NCBI GenBank assembly: GCA_964384645.1 | Contig: CAYLKL010000003.1 | Location: forward strand, 9,101-73,100 | Direction of reading: 5' to 3' | Length of the DNA: 64,000 nucleotides | DNA from: an uncultured Candidatus Saccharibacteria bacterium | GTDB lineage: Bacteria; Patescibacteriota; Minisyncoccia; Phycocordibacterales; UBA9973 | Shown: positions 1 through 10,280 of the stretch, one piece after another | Position numbering within the stretch: the stretch's first letter is position 1 | Layout of the letters: each line of letters opens with the position of its first letter | Made by a program: the position numbers and the translations under genes | The notes under the pieces: model-generated | Databases searched by the model: none | Seen by the model: only the letters and a program-made list of their open reading frames with translations | Told to the model about the DNA's origin: nothing

Positions 1-1071
1 AAAGCCTATCAAAAGCAATGTGTTATTTTTGTCAGGCAAATAGTTTCTTTCATGATGAACAATTCTTCCCCCCATAGACATTCCACTTCCAGCCATAATT
101 ATCTTTGGTGAAGGTACTTTTAAAATACCCTTTGATTCATCCGTAGAAAGCGTAACCCGAAGGCCTGGAAAATTAAAAATATCATCCCCTTCTTTTATTT
201 TATCTAATGCAATTTTGTTTAAGTATTTTGTATATTTAGAATAAACAGCAGTAAGTTTTATGGCCAACGGTGAATCAATATAAACGGGCATTGGCGGGAT
301 CCTGTTATTCTCAACAAAATCGTTTATCTCAAAGAGTAACTCCTGACTTCTCTCCAAAGAAAATGTTGGAATAACCAAAACACCCTTTCTGCCATAATTG
401 TCTTCTATCACTTTTTCTAATTTTTTCTTTCTTTCATCTCGAGATTCATGGTTTCTGTCTCCGTACACACTCTCCATTATCAAATAGTCGACATTTTTTA
501 ATAGCTCTGTGTCTGGCAAAATTGGCGATGGAGAGTTTCCTAAATCTCCAGTAAAAACTATACTTTTACCGTACGCATTAAAGCAAATCATTGCCGAGCC
601 CAAAATATGTCCAGCGTCTTTTAGACTAACAGTTATGTCTTCAGAAATTTTAAACTCTTGATTGTATTCGTGAGTTTCCCACAAAGATAGAGCTAAATTA
701 ATATTTTTTTCGTTATAAAAAACGTCTAGACCGTTAGCGTCATCTTGTGTCAAAATACCAGCTGTATCCCGCATCATCAGATCAGCGATATCTTTTGAAG
801 GTATAGCTGAAATAATTTTTCCCCTGAACCCCTCTTCTATTAATTTTGGTATTCTACCCACGTGATCAATGTGTGCATGTGTCACAAATAAAATCTCTAC
901 TTCACTTGCGTTGTAAGGAAAAGGATCCCAGTTCACTTCATCTGCCAATTTAGAATTTTGAATCATTCCACAGTCAATCAAAAATTTTTTTTCATTTACT
1001 TCAAACAAAAAATTAGCACCTGTTACAGTACCGGCCCCAGAACAAAATGTTATCTTAGCTTTATTTGCCAT
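1..1071 (-). CDS. MBL-fold metallo-hydrolase, beta-CASP RNA-processing family (3' end runs off window)
   Basis: Own translation from ATG at 1071: MANKAKITFCSGAGTVTGANFL..LIDCG..THAHIDHVGRIP..AGHILGS..VFTGDLG..MESVYG..AGSGMSMGGRIVHH. Absent from the ORF track because it is truncated. Confidence 0.9.
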   Translation of the reverse strand, partial: MANKAKITFCSGAGTVTGANFLFEVNEKKFLIDCGMIQNSKLADEVNWDPFPYNASEVEILFVTHAHIDHVGRIPKLIEEGFRGKIISAIPSKDIADLMMRDTAGILTQDDANGLDVFYNEKNINLALSLWETHEYNQEFKISEDITVSLKDAGHILGSAMICFNAYGKSIVFTGDLGNSPSPILPDTELLKNVDYLIMESVYGDRNHESRDERKKKLEKVIEDNYGRKGVLVIPTFSLERSQELLFEINDFVENNRIPPMPVYIDSPLAIKLTAVYSKYTKYLNKIALDKIKEGDDIFNFPGLRVTLSTDESKGILKVPSPKIIMAGSGMSMGGRIVHHERNYLPDKNNTLLLIGF

Positions 1072-1462
1072 TTATATTATTATATATGTTTTTATTTATT
1101 TTTGCTGTGAAAAAAGCGCCGATAGTCGCCCCAGCCATACCTAAAAATATATCTGAGACTGAATCAAATGTTCTTGCGTACTCAACACCAAAAGTATTGT
1201 CTAGATATATTTCAAAAAATTCCCATCCAATAGTAACAAAAAAGACAAGTAGTAGAATTTTAGATATTTTTATTTCTTTTTCAAAAATTAAAGCAAAATT
1301 ATAAATTATCAAAAACACAACAAGCCCTCCCAAAAAATGTGGGAGCATGTCAAATTCATAAAATAGATAGTACCAACCAAATTTAATAGCCCCTACGTGC
1401 AAAAACAGCAAGAGCGCAGATAAAATTAGAGTAATAAATATTTTTTTATTTAAAAAATTCAT
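1061..1462 (-). CDS. small membrane protein (VanZ-like/DUF2238-like)
   Basis: About 4 hydrophobic helices; D-x-x-x-HFLGG, WEFFE and DSVSDIFLG motifs. Confidence 0.6.
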   Translation of the reverse strand: MNFLNKKIFITLILSALLLFLHVGAIKFGWYYLFYEFDMLPHFLGGLVVFLIIYNFALIFEKEIKISKILLLVFFVTIGWEFFEIYLDNTFGVEYARTFDSVSDIFLGMAGATIGAFFTAKINKNIYNNINGK

Positions 1463-1471
1463 ATTTTTAGC

Positions 1472-1498
1472 AAAAAGCCGACAAAACGTCGGCTTTTT
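1472..1498. terminator. intrinsic terminator (bidirectional-type)
   Basis: AAAAA-GCCGAC-aaaac-GTCGGC-TTTTT immediately downstream of the putative 6S RNA. Confidence 0.75.
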
Positions 1499-1501
1499 AT
1501 T

Positions 1502-1655
1502 TACGGTTATTACAAGAATATTACCGTAGCCTTAGCCCACGGGGGTGCCTGACTCCGACGTTTACCATCGGCGTACCGCATTCTCTTTAAAAAGTGAGAA
1601 AACTATTGGCTCCCAAAAATATTGTGTTTCTCGGTAATACGCTTCAATAACCGTA
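1502..1655 (-). ncRNA. ssrS: probable 6S RNA
   Basis: Closing stems TACGGTTATT/AATAACCGTA and TATTACCG/CGGTAATA; internal GGGAGCC..GCGGTACGCC..GGCACCC motifs as recalled from Firmicutes-type 6S RNAs; followed by a terminator. Confidence 0.7.
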
Positions 1656-1724
1656 TAAATATTTTATAAAAAAATTTTTACAAAAACAATATAGACAACT
1701 ACAAAAATGCGTTTTAGAAAAAAA

Positions 1725-2234
1725 TTATTTAGCCTTTCTCTTCAACGTAAATTTTTCATACACAGTTTCGTACTCAAAAATTTGATCATCAGAAAACCAG
1801 TGTGGAATTTCTTGAACAGCATCTTCGATAGAACCTGATGCATGAATAATATTAGGAAGTGCAATATCATTTCCATCAGCATGACCATAACTCATATGTG
1901 CGTAATCACCCCTAATTGTCCCTGGGGCTGAGCTTTTTGGTTCAGTTGCCCCAACCATCTTTCGAACAAGTGTGACAGCCTCTATGCCCTCTAAAATCAT
2001 TGCCAAAACAGGACCTTCGCACATCATATTCTTTGTCATATCACAAATTTTCTGCCCCATTCGTGTCGCAAGCTTACCTATTCCTTCATAATGCTGGTCG
2101 TAATGACTTTCACTTGGCCAAACCATTTTGACTCCAACTATTTTTAGCCCCGCTTTTTCAAAACGAGCAATAATTTCCCCAGTAATCCCTCTTTGGACCG
2201 CGTCAGGTTTAAATACTATAAGTGTTCTTTCCAT
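1725..2234 (-). CDS. ndk: nucleoside diphosphate kinase
   Basis: ERTLIVFKPDAVQRG..GATEP..APGTIRGDY..NIIHAS. Confidence 0.95.
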   Translation of the reverse strand: MERTLIVFKPDAVQRGITGEIIARFEKAGLKIVGVKMVWPSESHYDQHYEGIGKLATRMGQKICDMTKNMMCEGPVLAMILEGIEAVTLVRKMVGATEPKSSAPGTIRGDYAHMSYGHADGNDIALPNIIHASGSIEDAVQEIPHWFSDDQIFEYETVYEKFTLKRKAK

Positions 2235-2324
2235 ATATAAATTTAATTAGTAATTAATAATCTCAAAAATTAAAAATGGCCTAAGCCACAAAGACTATAG
2301 CAAAATCTTCCCCTTATCTCAATA

Positions 2325-5063
2325 CTAAGCAGAATAACGACTTAAAATTTCAGCTTCGACAATTTTACGATCTTTTCCATATTTCAAATGTGAAAGCTCT
2401 TTAATCTTTTGAGCTAATTCTCTATTTCCTTCAGTTGGCTTCATTGTCCTAAGACTAAATGGTTTTGCAGGAAATCCATTTACGAGCATTTTTACATATG
2501 CATTTCTATTTTCTAATTTTTGTAAATCAAGTCCAGTAAAAGTAGGCTCAAATTGTTTTGCCAAAAAGTCTGCATCGTCTACTCCGATTCTAAAAGCAAC
2601 CATAGAGCCAACGTTTCCAAAAACAGCATTTTTTATACCTTCATCTATTTGAGCAATATATTGATGCGCTAAGTTAAGTCCTAGTTTGTATTTTCGAGCT
2701 TCCGAGAGAATCTGACTGATAGAATTTGTTGTGACATTTTGAAACTCATCGATGTAAAGATAAAACGGGGGCAAATCCTTACCAATTGAATCAACCCTAG
2801 AAAGTGCCGCCATAAACAATTTCCCAACAATCACAAGACCCAAAAGGTTTGAGTTTATCTCCCCCAACCTTCCTTTTGAAAGATTTACTAAAAATATTTT
2901 CTTACCGTCAATTATTTCCCTGAAATTCAGCGATGACTTTTGTTGAACAACAATTGGTCGCATTATTTCATTTGTTATAAAAACATCAAATTTATTGGTT
3001 ATGTAATTTACGTAGTTTGCCAAAGATGCTTCTCCGGTCGTCTTTTCTGCGCTTTCCCAAAATTGCCTAATTATTGGATTTACACATTTAGCAATCAATC
3101 TTTGTCGATATTCTTTGTTTGCCAAAACTCTACCAATTTCAAGAAGCGTCGCCCCTTCGGCTGGGTCATCCATTGCAAGTAGGGCTGAATTTCTAAAATA
3201 TTGCTCAAAAGCTGGACCCATACTTTCTGGAGTTCCTCCAAAAAGTTTTCTAAAAATAGAAAGAAGTTCATCGACAACAAAAGTCTTCTGCTCAGGAAAA
3301 CGAACATCATATTCCAACATATTAAGACCAATTGGCCTATCTATTGAACCTGGATCAAAATAAATAACGTCATCAGCTCGCTCTGGTGGAATATTTGCAA
3401 GAATATCTTCTATGTCATTTCCGTGCGGATCAATAAAACAAACACCTTCGCCATTTAAAATATCTTGAACAATCATATTTTTCAAAATGGTTGTTTTTCC
3501 AGTTCCAGTTTGTCCAATAACATACAAATGCCTAAGTCTATCTTCGGGAGAAAATTTTACTTCGGTTTCTTGTCCACGATAAGAATTTATTCCAAGCAAT
3601 ACCCCCTTATTAGAAACTTCTGCTGGCGCAGGAGAGAGAGTCATCGCACTTTGTGCAATGTGAGGAGAATCAATTGTGTTCTCTGGCATATGAACCATGC
3701 TAGCAATTTCTCTTTGTGTTAAAGGTAAATTATTTTCTTCTTTAAAAATTCTATAAGAAAAAGAGTGTAGTTCATCAAATAATCTAGATTCACCCACGTT
3801 TTGGAAAACTAATGAATTTGAAGTTGTGTCAGTGAACTGATTGAAAGCAGAAGATATTTCCCTTACCATCTGCTCTGTTCTTTCTTTTGTTGATGCTGAT
3901 ACAACTATACGAATATTTGCAGACAAAATAGTTGAAGTAAGCTTCTTGTTCATTTTTTCTATATTACTCCGTAGTTTTTCATCATCTTTTTTGTCGTCCT
4001 TATTTTCATCTTTTTTAACAGGAGCAGAAAAGAAATCTTTAGCTGCATTTTTCAAAGCACCACCCCAAGAATCTAATCCACTATAAACTTCTTTAACATT
4101 TCCGCCATTTCTAACTTGATCAAGAATTCTGTTGTATCTTTTTATAAAAGCATCTCCAACAGGCTTTACAACAAATTGAATAGACGCACCCTCTCCTGGT
4201 TGATTGAACTTTGAAAAAGCGGAAATTATTGAAGACATCGGATCTGTAGCACCATCTTCAAACGAACGAAGCGGAAAAACAGGTAGATCAGTTAGTTTGG
4301 CAATAGACGCAACGGCATAGCCTTGCTCATTAAAAATATTGTAATCATCTGGAACCTCTTTTATTTTTGCATCTGGATAAACCGCTAACATGTTTTTCTC
4401 AAAAAGATCAGCACGTGAAGCTGGCACAGCTACGTACAAAGACATGTTCGATCCATGATTCTCTACAGCAAGTTCAAGCGTGAAATATTCTTTTCCTTCT
4501 ATAGTCCTCCCGTCACCTACAGCCTGCATACCAGAGAGAAATTGCTCCATCCCTGCAATCAAAGATGCTGGAGTCTTTTTTTCTTTATCAAAATTTGGCA
4601 AACTAACTTCAAAAAGTCGCATAGAAAGACCCTTATTTTCTTCAAGCCCTTCTCTTAAGTCGCTCGGTTTTTGTCCAGTTATTAAATATTGAACTAAGAA
4701 TCTATGGAAATCATCATCTAGATGAGGATTATTCATCTTCTTTAAAACAGAAAAAGTGTTTTTTAAACCTTTTTCTAGCATCAATCCAAAAAACTCTTCT
4801 ATTTTTCTATCGTGAGTCTCTGGTGTAAGACTTAAAACGATTTGCTCCGCCTCTTGTCTTGGAATTAAATTATCAGGTATTACTTTCTCTGCAGGAACGA
4901 ATTTATAAGCGTCGATTGCGTCTTTGGCAACTTGCTCGAGTGGAATATTCTTTCTTTCCTCTGTTAGTTGTTTTTCTCTATTACTAATATGTTCTCGCAA
5001 ATAGCTAATCTCCTCTTCAGGAGTAGTAAATTTTGGTAGATCTTTGAAAAATTGATTTTCCAT
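2325..5063 (-). CDS. VirD4/TraG-like type IV coupling ATPase (HerA/FtsK superfamily), CPR type
   Basis: RLRHLYVIGQTGTGKT (Walker A), FIDPHG, YLYIDEFQN (Walker B), SEARKYKLGLNLAHQY, AVFGNVGS. Confidence 0.85.
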   Translation of the reverse strand: MENQFFKDLPKFTTPEEEISYLREHISNREKQLTEERKNIPLEQVAKDAIDAYKFVPAEKVIPDNLIPRQEAEQIVLSLTPETHDRKIEEFFGLMLEKGLKNTFSVLKKMNNPHLDDDFHRFLVQYLITGQKPSDLREGLEENKGLSMRLFEVSLPNFDKEKKTPASLIAGMEQFLSGMQAVGDGRTIEGKEYFTLELAVENHGSNMSLYVAVPASRADLFEKNMLAVYPDAKIKEVPDDYNIFNEQGYAVASIAKLTDLPVFPLRSFEDGATDPMSSIISAFSKFNQPGEGASIQFVVKPVGDAFIKRYNRILDQVRNGGNVKEVYSGLDSWGGALKNAAKDFFSAPVKKDENKDDKKDDEKLRSNIEKMNKKLTSTILSANIRIVVSASTKERTEQMVREISSAFNQFTDTTSNSLVFQNVGESRLFDELHSFSYRIFKEENNLPLTQREIASMVHMPENTIDSPHIAQSAMTLSPAPAEVSNKGVLLGINSYRGQETEVKFSPEDRLRHLYVIGQTGTGKTTILKNMIVQDILNGEGVCFIDPHGNDIEDILANIPPERADDVIYFDPGSIDRPIGLNMLEYDVRFPEQKTFVVDELLSIFRKLFGGTPESMGPAFEQYFRNSALLAMDDPAEGATLLEIGRVLANKEYRQRLIAKCVNPIIRQFWESAEKTTGEASLANYVNYITNKFDVFITNEIMRPIVVQQKSSLNFREIIDGKKIFLVNLSKGRLGEINSNLLGLVIVGKLFMAALSRVDSIGKDLPPFYLYIDEFQNVTTNSISQILSEARKYKLGLNLAHQYIAQIDEGIKNAVFGNVGSMVAFRIGVDDADFLAKQFEPTFTGLDLQKLENRNAYVKMLVNGFPAKPFSLRTMKPTEGNRELAQKIKELSHLKYGKDRKIVEAEILSRYSA

Positions 5064-5119
5064 AGATTTTAATTATACCCTATTTGATATTTTATTTTAA
5101 TTCATATATCCTAATTAAT

Positions 5120-5620
5120 ATGGAATACCCACCAAAAGATGACGTAGATATATTAGAAGATGAGCCAGTGCAGATATCTAAGGAGAAACCTATTGAAAAA
5201 AGACTTCTTACTGTAAATGAGCATGGCTTAAGTAAAGATTATTTAAATGAATTCAATGTTACCAATCTATGGATTAAGGATTTGCTAGCAGACGAATATG
5301 ATAAAAATAACCCAGAAGAGCTACTGGATCTTAAAATTGTGACGAGTGGCCTTAATAACAAATTCCAAAATAAGGAGTTGAAAAAATATACCGAAAGACT
5401 ACGAGAAGAAGAGTATGGAAATGTTAAAAATGAAAAAAACCAAGCACTAATTGGTGAACTTGATGAAAAAATAGAAGAAATATATTCAATAATGAACGGA
5501 GTTGAACTTACTCCTGAAAATATTGATCAAAACAAAGATAAACTTAAAGAAGTATTAGAAACATACGATGATATAAAATCTCTTGTAGAAGAAGGGGTTT
5601 CTAGAAGAATTGCTGCTTAA
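5120..5620 (+). CDS. hypothetical acidic helical protein
   Basis: Open frame divergent from the ATPase; ATG at 5120 shortly after a TATCCT -10-like hexamer. Confidence 0.7.
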   Translation: MEYPPKDDVDILEDEPVQISKEKPIEKRLLTVNEHGLSKDYLNEFNVTNLWIKDLLADEYDKNNPEELLDLKIVTSGLNNKFQNKELKKYTERLREEEYGNVKNEKNQALIGELDEKIEEIYSIMNGVELTPENIDQNKDKLKEVLETYDDIKSLVEEGVSRRIAA

Positions 5621-6384
5621 GTAACAGTTAAAATTTTTGGGCCTTCTTTTGTAATCATAACAGTATGCTCAAAATGAGCTGACATAGACTTATCTTTTGT
5701 GACATAAGTATACTCATCACTCAAGGCTCTAACGTGCCCTTTACCCAACGTAAACATTGGCTCTATAGCAATAACCATTCCTTCCACAAGCTTTGTGCCT
5801 TGGCCCGGTTTGCCGTAATTTGGCACATAAGGGTCGTCGTGTATCTTCTTTCCGACACCGTGCCCTGAAAGTATTTTTACCAATCCATAGTTGCCATTTT
5901 TTGCCACAGATTCGATTGCGCTTCCAATATCACCAGTTGTATTACCAACTCTAGCTTGTCCTATTCCAAGCTCTAATGCTTTTTTAGTATCCTTTAGTAA
6001 ATTTTGAATTTCTTTCGAAACCTTTCCTACTGCAACAGTTTTTGCATGATCACAAAAAAGACCATTATGTTTGAGCCCAAGGTCGACAGAGACGATATCC
6101 CCTTCTTTTATTATTCTTTTTTTACTTGGGATACCGTGAACCACTTCTTCATTTATGGATACACACAGTGCTGACGGATATGGATTTCTAATTCCTTCTG
6201 GTGTGTAACCCAAAAAAGCTGGAATATCTACTATTTTTTCAATTTCATTTCTAGCAATTTTATCCAAATCTTCTGTTGTCATCCCTGCCTTTACAGACTT
6301 GGCAACAATATCTAAAACACTAGACAATCTTTTGCCGCATTCAATAATAGACTCTATTTCTGTTTTATCTTTTATAAGACTCAT
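5617..6384 (-). CDS. map: methionine aminopeptidase type I
   Basis: CVSINEEVVHGIP, GDIVSVDLG, GHGVG, AIEPM, SAHFEHT. Confidence 0.97.
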   Translation of the reverse strand: MSLIKDKTEIESIIECGKRLSSVLDIVAKSVKAGMTTEDLDKIARNEIEKIVDIPAFLGYTPEGIRNPYPSALCVSINEEVVHGIPSKKRIIKEGDIVSVDLGLKHNGLFCDHAKTVAVGKVSKEIQNLLKDTKKALELGIGQARVGNTTGDIGSAIESVAKNGNYGLVKILSGHGVGKKIHDDPYVPNYGKPGQGTKLVEGMVIAIEPMFTLGKGHVRALSDEYTYVTKDKSMSAHFEHTVMITKEGPKILTVT

Positions 6385-6385
6385 T

Positions 6386-6982
6386 TTATTTATTAAAAAC
6401 TTTTTGAATCAGTTCGTTGTGCACCTCTTCAATTGTCTGCTCTCCATTTATTTCAATAAAATTATAAATACCACTATCCCGAAGATGATTCATGGCAGGT
6501 ACAACTTCATTGTCGAACCAATTTAGTCTTTTCTCAACTCCTTCTTCTGTGTCATCAAAACGCCCACGCCCAACAAGTCTTTCTTTTGACCAGTTTCGAC
6601 TTACGTTTAGATGAACAACTATTGGTTTAACTCTTCCATAAAAACCCATAACAGAATCTAAAATAACAGACTCTGAATAAGTTCTCGGTGTGCCGTCTAA
6701 AATGATATGATTATTTTCTTTTAAGTTCTCTATTAAGATATGAGACCAAATATGAATAGCCAAAAAGGCTGGCTGAAGATCGCCGTTTGAATAAATTTCT
6801 TTCGCGAGTTTACTTGTGAATGAATCACCTTCTATCATCTCCCGGAATTTTGCTCCAGTTTCAAGAGAAAAAATCTCTCTACTTTCAGAGTCATTTTGTT
6901 TTATGTAATCTTTTAATAGGGCTACCTGAGTCCCCTTTCCGCAACCTGAGCGACCCATAAAAATTATTGTCTGTAGTTCCAT
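6386..6982 (-). CDS. adk: adenylate kinase family NMP kinase (short, LID-less)
   Basis: GRSGCGKGT P-loop, ILDGTPR, GRFDD; lies between secY and map; ATG 6 nt after TATAAT. Confidence 0.85.
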   Translation of the reverse strand: MELQTIIFMGRSGCGKGTQVALLKDYIKQNDSESREIFSLETGAKFREMIEGDSFTSKLAKEIYSNGDLQPAFLAIHIWSHILIENLKENNHIILDGTPRTYSESVILDSVMGFYGRVKPIVVHLNVSRNWSKERLVGRGRFDDTEEGVEKRLNWFDNEVVPAMNHLRDSGIYNFIEINGEQTIEEVHNELIQKVFNK

Positions 6983-7002
6983 TTGTATATTATACAAAGA
7001 AT

Positions 7003-8265
7003 TTAGTATTCCCGAAGAGTAAGTTGTGCGTTTAGTTTCTTAACCAAATCAAGAATAACAGAAACTGCAATCAAAAGAGATGTTCCTCCAATAGAAATTG
7101 CCTGAGTATTAGACAGATTAGTTGTAATTATAGGTAAAATAGCAATCAAACCAAGGAATAGTGCTCCGACTGTTGTAACGCGACTAACAATTCCACCAAT
7201 ATACTCTGACGTTGATTGACCTGGTCTAATTCCAGAAACAAAAGCCCCGTTTCTTTGCAAATTATCTGATATAGTTTTTGGATCGAAAGTTACTGCAGTG
7301 TAGAAATAAGTAAAGAAGAAAACTAAAATAAAATAAACAACTGAGTAAATCCAATTATCCTGAGTAAATCCTGAAAGAGTTTTTGAGACAGACGCCAAAG
7401 TTGTATTATCTGAATTAGCCAAAAGACCACTTAAGATTTGAGGAAACACTAATATAGATAGTGCGAAAATAATTGGAATAACTCCTGCTTGGTTTAATTT
7501 TATAGGTAAATATGAAGCATTTGCTTGGCCAATACCACGAACTTGTCTTGCGTAAGTAACAGGAACCAATCTTTCTGCCTCTGTAATAAAAATAACTCCA
7601 GCAATAACAATAATTGCCACAGCCAAGAAAGCTAGATAAAGAGGTATCATTGTTGTGTCGAAAGTTGAAATAATCTGAGAAAAACTAGAAGGTAAACTAG
7701 CAACAATACCAGCGAAAATTATCATTGAAACACCATTTCCGATTCCATATTCTGATATAAGTTCTCCTAGCCACATAGCAATCAAAGCACCTGCAATCAA
7801 GATGATTATGTTTGAAAATAGAGCAAAGCCATAAAGCTGGTCAATGACACCTTGCTGAGAAAGCAGATAAATAAGACTGTATCCTTGAAGAGCTGCCAAA
7901 GGAACAGTTAAAAGTCTTCCGTATTGTGTAAATTTTTTCTTTCCAGCCTCTCCTTCTTCTGAATATAGTGCCTTTAGTTTTGGCGAAACCAATGTCAAAA
8001 CTTGTAAGATAATGGACGCGGTAATATATGGCCCAACACCAAGCATAACCAAAGAAAGATTTGAAAGTCCTCCTCCAGAGAATATATTCAATACACCCAA
8101 AAGTTGGCTTTGTTGTAGAAATTGTCCAAGTCTTGAAGCATCAATTCCTGGAATTGGAACATTTGCCAAAAGTCTAAAAATGAAAAGAATAAAGACTACG
8201 AAAAGTAATTTATTTCGTAGACCTTTATCACTTAACAATAATTTAACTTTTTGCCAAAAATTCAT
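7003..8265 (-). CDS. secY: preprotein translocase SecY
   Basis: LGVGPYITASII, GIGNGVSMIIFAGI, NQAGVIPIIFA, GIRPG, GGTSLLIAV. Confidence 0.98.
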   Translation of the reverse strand: MNFWQKVKLLLSDKGLRNKLLFVVFILFIFRLLANVPIPGIDASRLGQFLQQSQLLGVLNIFSGGGLSNLSLVMLGVGPYITASIILQVLTLVSPKLKALYSEEGEAGKKKFTQYGRLLTVPLAALQGYSLIYLLSQQGVIDQLYGFALFSNIIILIAGALIAMWLGELISEYGIGNGVSMIIFAGIVASLPSSFSQIISTFDTTMIPLYLAFLAVAIIVIAGVIFITEAERLVPVTYARQVRGIGQANASYLPIKLNQAGVIPIIFALSILVFPQILSGLLANSDNTTLASVSKTLSGFTQDNWIYSVVYFILVFFFTYFYTAVTFDPKTISDNLQRNGAFVSGIRPGQSTSEYIGGIVSRVTTVGALFLGLIAILPIITTNLSNTQAISIGGTSLLIAVSVILDLVKKLNAQLTLREY

Positions 8266-8267
8266 AA

Positions 8268-8708
8268 TTATGTAACTTTACCTCCTGCTTTTTCTATCTT
8301 AGCCTTTGCTGATGGACTTACCTCTAATCCTGAAACTTCTATTTTTTTATCTATTTCCCCAGCTGACAGAATTTTTATTCGTGGAGTCTTACCTCTTCTT
8401 AATACTATAACCTTTTTTTCAACCAATGTCGCTCTTGTGACCGATTCTCCGTTTGCAAATACCATTGATAGAACGTTTAGATTTATAGGAGTAACTACTT
8501 CTCTAAATCTCTTAAAAATATTTTTTCCTCGTCCACGAAGTTTTGGAAGTTTTTTAATAGTGTCTCTAATTTCTGGTCGCATTTTTCTACCAGATCTAGA
8601 TTTTTGACCCTTAGTACCTCGCCCTGCAGTCTTGGCGTGTTTCCCTCCACGACCAACAACTCGGTGCTTTTTTCTTTTTGTATTTCTTTGTAATTTACTT
8701 TGTTCCAT
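8268..8708 (-). CDS. rplO: 50S ribosomal protein L15
   Basis: VGRGGKHAKTAGRGTKGQKSRSG..AKAKIEKAGGKV. Confidence 0.97.
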   Translation of the reverse strand: MEQSKLQRNTKRKKHRVVGRGGKHAKTAGRGTKGQKSRSGRKMRPEIRDTIKKLPKLRGRGKNIFKRFREVVTPINLNVLSMVFANGESVTRATLVEKKVIVLRRGKTPRIKILSAGEIDKKIEVSGLEVSPSAKAKIEKAGGKVT

Positions 8709-8713
8709 AAAAA

Positions 8714-9379
8714 TTATTTATCTTCTTTTACTTCTGCAACCTTTGGTCTTTTTACATTAAGTACAGGCTTTCCAAAAACAGATAGTGCTTCCATTGTTGC
8801 TTTCGCAATGTTCATTTTATTTTTACTTCCAGAAAGAATTTTTGCAGTAACATTTTTTATACCTGCCAAAACAAGAATTTCTCGCACAGCACTTCCGGCA
8901 ACAAGACCTTTTGATCTGTTAGGAAATAGGTACACTTTTGAAGTCGAATATTTGGCGTGCACATCATGAGGCAAACTTAAATCTTTTGTAAGAGTTATTT
9001 TTACCATGTTTTTCTTTGCGTCTCGAGTCGCCTTGTTTATAGCCAAAGCTGTATCCAGTGCTTTTCCAACCCCAAGACCTATCTTCCCCTTCTTATCACC
9101 AAGTGCAACCAAAACAGCCAATGAAAATCTTCGTCCTCCAGCAACAACTCTAGTTACTCTTCTTGCAAGCAATGTCTTTTGATCAAATTCTGAATCAGGT
9201 CTTGGGCCACTTCTTCGTGGTCCATTAGAATTTGGTCCGCGTGAACCAAAAGATCTTTGTCCTCCAGTAGAATTACCTCTAGGAACAAAAGCTCTCTTTA
9301 CTGGTGCCGCCACTCCTGGAGCAGAAGTTTCTGCTACTACCGGTGTGTTATTTTCTGTTGTTGTGTTTGTGTCTTCCAT
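8714..9379 (-). CDS. rpsE: 30S ribosomal protein S5 with N-terminal extension
   Basis: RRVTRVVAGGRRFS..GDKKGKIGLGVGKA. Confidence 0.97.
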   Translation of the reverse strand: MEDTNTTTENNTPVVAETSAPGVAAPVKRAFVPRGNSTGGQRSFGSRGPNSNGPRRSGPRPDSEFDQKTLLARRVTRVVAGGRRFSLAVLVALGDKKGKIGLGVGKALDTALAINKATRDAKKNMVKITLTKDLSLPHDVHAKYSTSKVYLFPNRSKGLVAGSAVREILVLAGIKNVTAKILSGSKNKMNIAKATMEALSVFGKPVLNVKRPKVAEVKEDK

Positions 9380-9381
9380 AA

Positions 9382-9732
9382 TTAAAAAATTAATCCGCCT
9401 TCACGAGCTCCTTCTGCTAATTGCTTAATTCTTCCTGTGTATTTAAATCCACCTCGATCAAAAACAACTTTTGTTATTCCTGCATTCTTTGCATTAACAG
9501 CAATCGTTTTTCCAATCTCTTTAGCTCTTTCCATAGGAGAACCTTTTTCAATTTTTATATCTGATGCAGAAGCAAGAGTTTTTCCTGTTGTGTCATCAAT
9601 CAACTGAGTATATATTCTAGAGTTAGATTTGAAAACAGCAAGTCTTGGTCGCTCCAAAGTACCAGAAACTTTTGCTCTGATTCTTCTCTTAACTCTAAAT
9701 CTTTTTTCAACTTTTGATTTTGTTTTACTCAT
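9382..9732 (-). CDS. rplR: 50S ribosomal protein L18
   Basis: [30 protein letters not shown]. Confidence 0.97.
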   Translation of the reverse strand: MSKTKSKVEKRFRVKRRIRAKVSGTLERPRLAVFKSNSRIYTQLIDDTTGKTLASASDIKIEKGSPMERAKEIGKTIAVNAKNAGITKVVFDRGGFKYTGRIKQLAEGAREGGLIF

Positions 9733-9737
9733 AAGCC

Positions 9738-10274
9738 TTATGCAGTCTTCTTACCTTGTTTTCGTCTAATAACTTCATCGCTATATCTAAAACCCTTACC
9801 TTTGTACGGTTCTGGTTTCTTCAATGCTCGAGTTGATGCTGTAAATTCTCCTACGGCTTCTTTATCAATTCCTGAAACTGTTATGTTGTTTTTTTCTGCT
9901 GTAACAGTTAGACCTTCTGGTATTTTAACATTTACAGGATGTGAAAAACCTAAAGCTAAAACCAATTCACTTCCCTTCACTTCAGATTTAAAACCAACTC
10001 CTTCAAGAATTAATTTCTTTGTAAATAGATTGTTTACTCCATTTACCATATTTTTCAAATGAGAAGCGTATGTACCCCAAAGAGCTCGAGATGAAATTTC
10101 TTCGTTTAGAGGTGTTACTTGAGCAATGTTACCTTCTACTGTTATAGCTACAGCTTTTGTGTTAAACGGCTTTGATAGTTCGCCCTTAGGGCCTTTTACA
10201 GTCATTACACCATCTGTAATTGTTACAGATGTTCCAGCTGGTATTTCAATAGGTTGTTTTCCAATTCTTGACAT
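9738..10274 (-). CDS. rplF: 50S ribosomal protein L6
   Basis: [23 protein letters not shown]. Confidence 0.98.
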   Translation of the reverse strand: MSRIGKQPIEIPAGTSVTITDGVMTVKGPKGELSKPFNTKAVAITVEGNIAQVTPLNEEISSRALWGTYASHLKNMVNGVNNLFTKKLILEGVGFKSEVKGSELVLALGFSHPVNVKIPEGLTVTAEKNNITVSGIDKEAVGEFTASTRALKKPEPYKGKGFRYSDEVIRRKQGKKTA

Positions 10275-10280
10275 AAATTT

